Shown: one piece after another, positions 61,803 to 64,000 of the stretch
Numbering within the stretch: the first letter of the stretch is position 1
Layout of the letters: the number at the start of each line of letters is the position of its first letter
Assembly (NCBI GenBank): GCA_002245135.1
Contig: NGBS01000588.1
Coordinates: 186,001 to 250,000 of the forward strand
Origin: Proteromonas lacertae
Lineage: Eukaryota
Direction of reading: 5' to 3'
DNA: 64,000 nt
Program-made: the position numbers and the translations under genes
Notes under the pieces: model-generated
What the model was told of the DNA's origin: nothing
Seen by the model: the letters and a program-made list of their open reading frames with translations, nothing else
The model's database searches: none

Positions 61803-64000
61803 ATGAGCATATATGCATTATTGTTATTCCTATTGTTCATATCAAACACTGTATCATTGATTTTCGTTATTATTTCTAATTTATAGCAAGCTGATAATTC
61901 TGCCTTAACGAATAAAATGTTACAGATTGTTAACTCAAATACAAAAAGCATTAATGCAAAAATGAACGAATGTTACGATGATTTGATTGAAGTGATCAAT
62001 AATTCTACAGTTAAATCGTATGATATGTGATTATGTTTTAATAGGAAGAGACCAGCACATTTTCTTGACATTACCAAAGAAATCAGAATTTTATCCTTTT
62101 ATTACTTTAACTTTAGCAAATACATACCCAAAATTACAAAGGCATATATGCAGAAATACCCAATATTGCATTATATTTCACCAAATATATCGTCAGTTCA
62201 ATATAAAGATGATTTAGTTAAGATAGGGATGATTTTACCAAACTCAACTTATTCAACAGTAATAGCAGTATATAAATAGTATTATTATAAATATAGTATT
62301 CATTATTGAACTTTCCTCTTGCATTCTTACCATATTATTTTACTCTTCCAGAATATCATTTACCTTTTAATCATACAAAGTATAATACTATATATTGATT
62401 TATGCTTTTCATAGTGTAATTGAATTATCAAATAAGTTTTACAGAAATAGAAGAATAATAGAAGAATCAGAAATGGATATATTGATATATGTTGATCTTT
62501 ATGTTTCAATACAAACTTATTTACTATCATATTCAAGACTTGCATCAATACAAATGTTATTTTACACTCCTTATCCTCCACTTACAGAAACTATAGATTA
62601 TTATGTTATTAATGATAATTTGATGATGTTTGAGAATAATGAAAATAATGATTATCCTCGTTATAACGAACAAACATTACTACTTGGAGGATTAGGTTAT
62701 TATTATGCCCAAGTTAATTTATCAAATGAAAATTGCATGAATTTGGAGAGAAGTGAATATGGTATTGATGAAGATATCATAATGTATTCAACACATCTTT
62801 ACTGTCATGTTGATAATACAAAGTTTATAGAAATTGTATATAAGATATTACCTTCAGTTCCAAATGCTGCTATTACATTTTTCATTATGTATATATATCT
62901 ATATCTATATATATATATATATGAAATAGAGATGAATTTGGTTGTTTTGATCTGTTAGTTGATAGAGTCAAAGAGGTGTTATACGACATACAGAATAATG
63001 TGTATTTCGTTTTACATAATTACAATTGTTCTGATATTTATTCTTTTCCTGATATTTATTTAATTCCATTTCCTTATATTGATTTTAATGCTTTAATATC
63101 TCAAATTGATGCTGGAGTATATACTTATTATTATTAAAAATATTAAATATATAGAAACCTTTCGTTGCTCTTACTTATAACAATACATATTCTGGAAAAT
63201 TAGGTCAACTATTTTCTCATTTTTTAGTACAACATAATATGTATGATATATTACTCTATAGTTATTGTTTATATAGAATTGGTCGTACTATTGAAAAATA
63301 TATTAATATTGCTATAAATTTAGGATTGTCCAGATATTTACGTTTAGAAGTAGGAAAAGGTATTTATCGTAAAAGAAATTTACCTTTAGAAAGAATAGAA
63401 GTAGTCAATGATATGATTACTTTTTTCTTATATATATCAAATATATATATAGAAATGCCTGACAATATTGCAGTATTTGAGTTTAGATATTCAAGAGATG
63501 ATGTTGATAAGAGTGTATATGGAGAAATTATAAATGAAGCTTTTGTGAATATACGGTTTCTTCCATCAAGACCTCTATTGAATTATATACTTGCTCAGTA
63601 TTATTGTAGTTCTGATTTAATTTCTGGTATTTTTCTCTTTATAATATATATTTATAGATTGTCTGATTCATTCATTTTTGATGATGCATTATGATAGATC
63701 AATGTATTTTTTGATGAACACTGTTGCTATTTATTTAATGTATGAAGGAGATTATTTAGTATATTCTTATTGAATTTTGTATATATTAGTCTGCTATTGA
63801 TTATTTACAATACAGTTACAACAGATGTAGTGATTTACATGAAAAGAAGTTGATGTTGGATAATATTCTCTATTCAATAATCAATCAGTATGATACTGAA
63901 ACAGCATATAGAATGGCACTTACTTATTCTGCCGTTCCACTCATTTCTCAACTTCATCAAGAAGTTGTTTTTTGTTTATCTCAGATTGAATATAAACAAT
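61803..64000 (+). CDS. Signal-peptide-bearing, divergent GT41 (OGT/SPY-like) glycosyltransferase, 3'-partial
   Basis: MDILIYVD...YSRLASIQ...TIDYYV...RYNEQTLLL...RSEYGIDED...KILPSVPNA; hydrophobic N-terminus. Confidence 0.6.

Noticed and set aside
1..64000. Alternative genetic code or stop-codon readthrough to explain fragmented ORFs
   Set aside because: Breaks are explained by short introns or single-base indels, and TAA, TAG and TGA each terminate genes.
1..64000. Blastocystis-style stop codons created by polyadenylation
   Set aside because: Every complete gene reconstructed has a genomic stop, and no TGTTTGTT element was noticed after gene ends.

Overview
Very AT-rich, gene-dense eukaryotic nuclear DNA with about 30 protein-coding genes. 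Most are broken by tiny GT-AG introns (about 25-40 nt), so the ORF track shows only exon fragments; the gene models below were spliced by hand. The standard code applies (TAA, TAG and TGA all end genes). Tiny introns, AT-AC introns, He_PIG-type Ig domains and ciliary genes (CFAP58, FAM227-like) suggest a flagellated protist, possibly an opalozoan stramenopile related to Blastocystis/Proteromonas (inference only). Housekeeping genes include MAK11/PAK1IP1, an acyl-CoA synthetase, TAM41, MPP10, PNGase and an ankyrin-DHHC. Highlights: (1) a kinesin-1-like motor that appears fused to a BAR-proline-rich-SH3 module; (2) a PNGase with a C-terminal AZUL-like zinc domain; (3) a shuffled receptor-like toolkit: three BTB-Ig-SPRY paralogues with mosaic SPRY domains, a pseudokinase-SPRY, and two pseudokinase-LRR genes whose LRR introns are all phase 1 at the same repeat position; (4) three minor-spliceosome (U12-type) intron candidates; (5) recurrent +1 breaks in otherwise intact genes, mostly at ATC; (6) a shared ~25-bp motif upstream of three unrelated genes. 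No rRNA, tRNA, CRISPR or transposon was recognised. Domain calls come from recognising motifs by eye, not from database searches.
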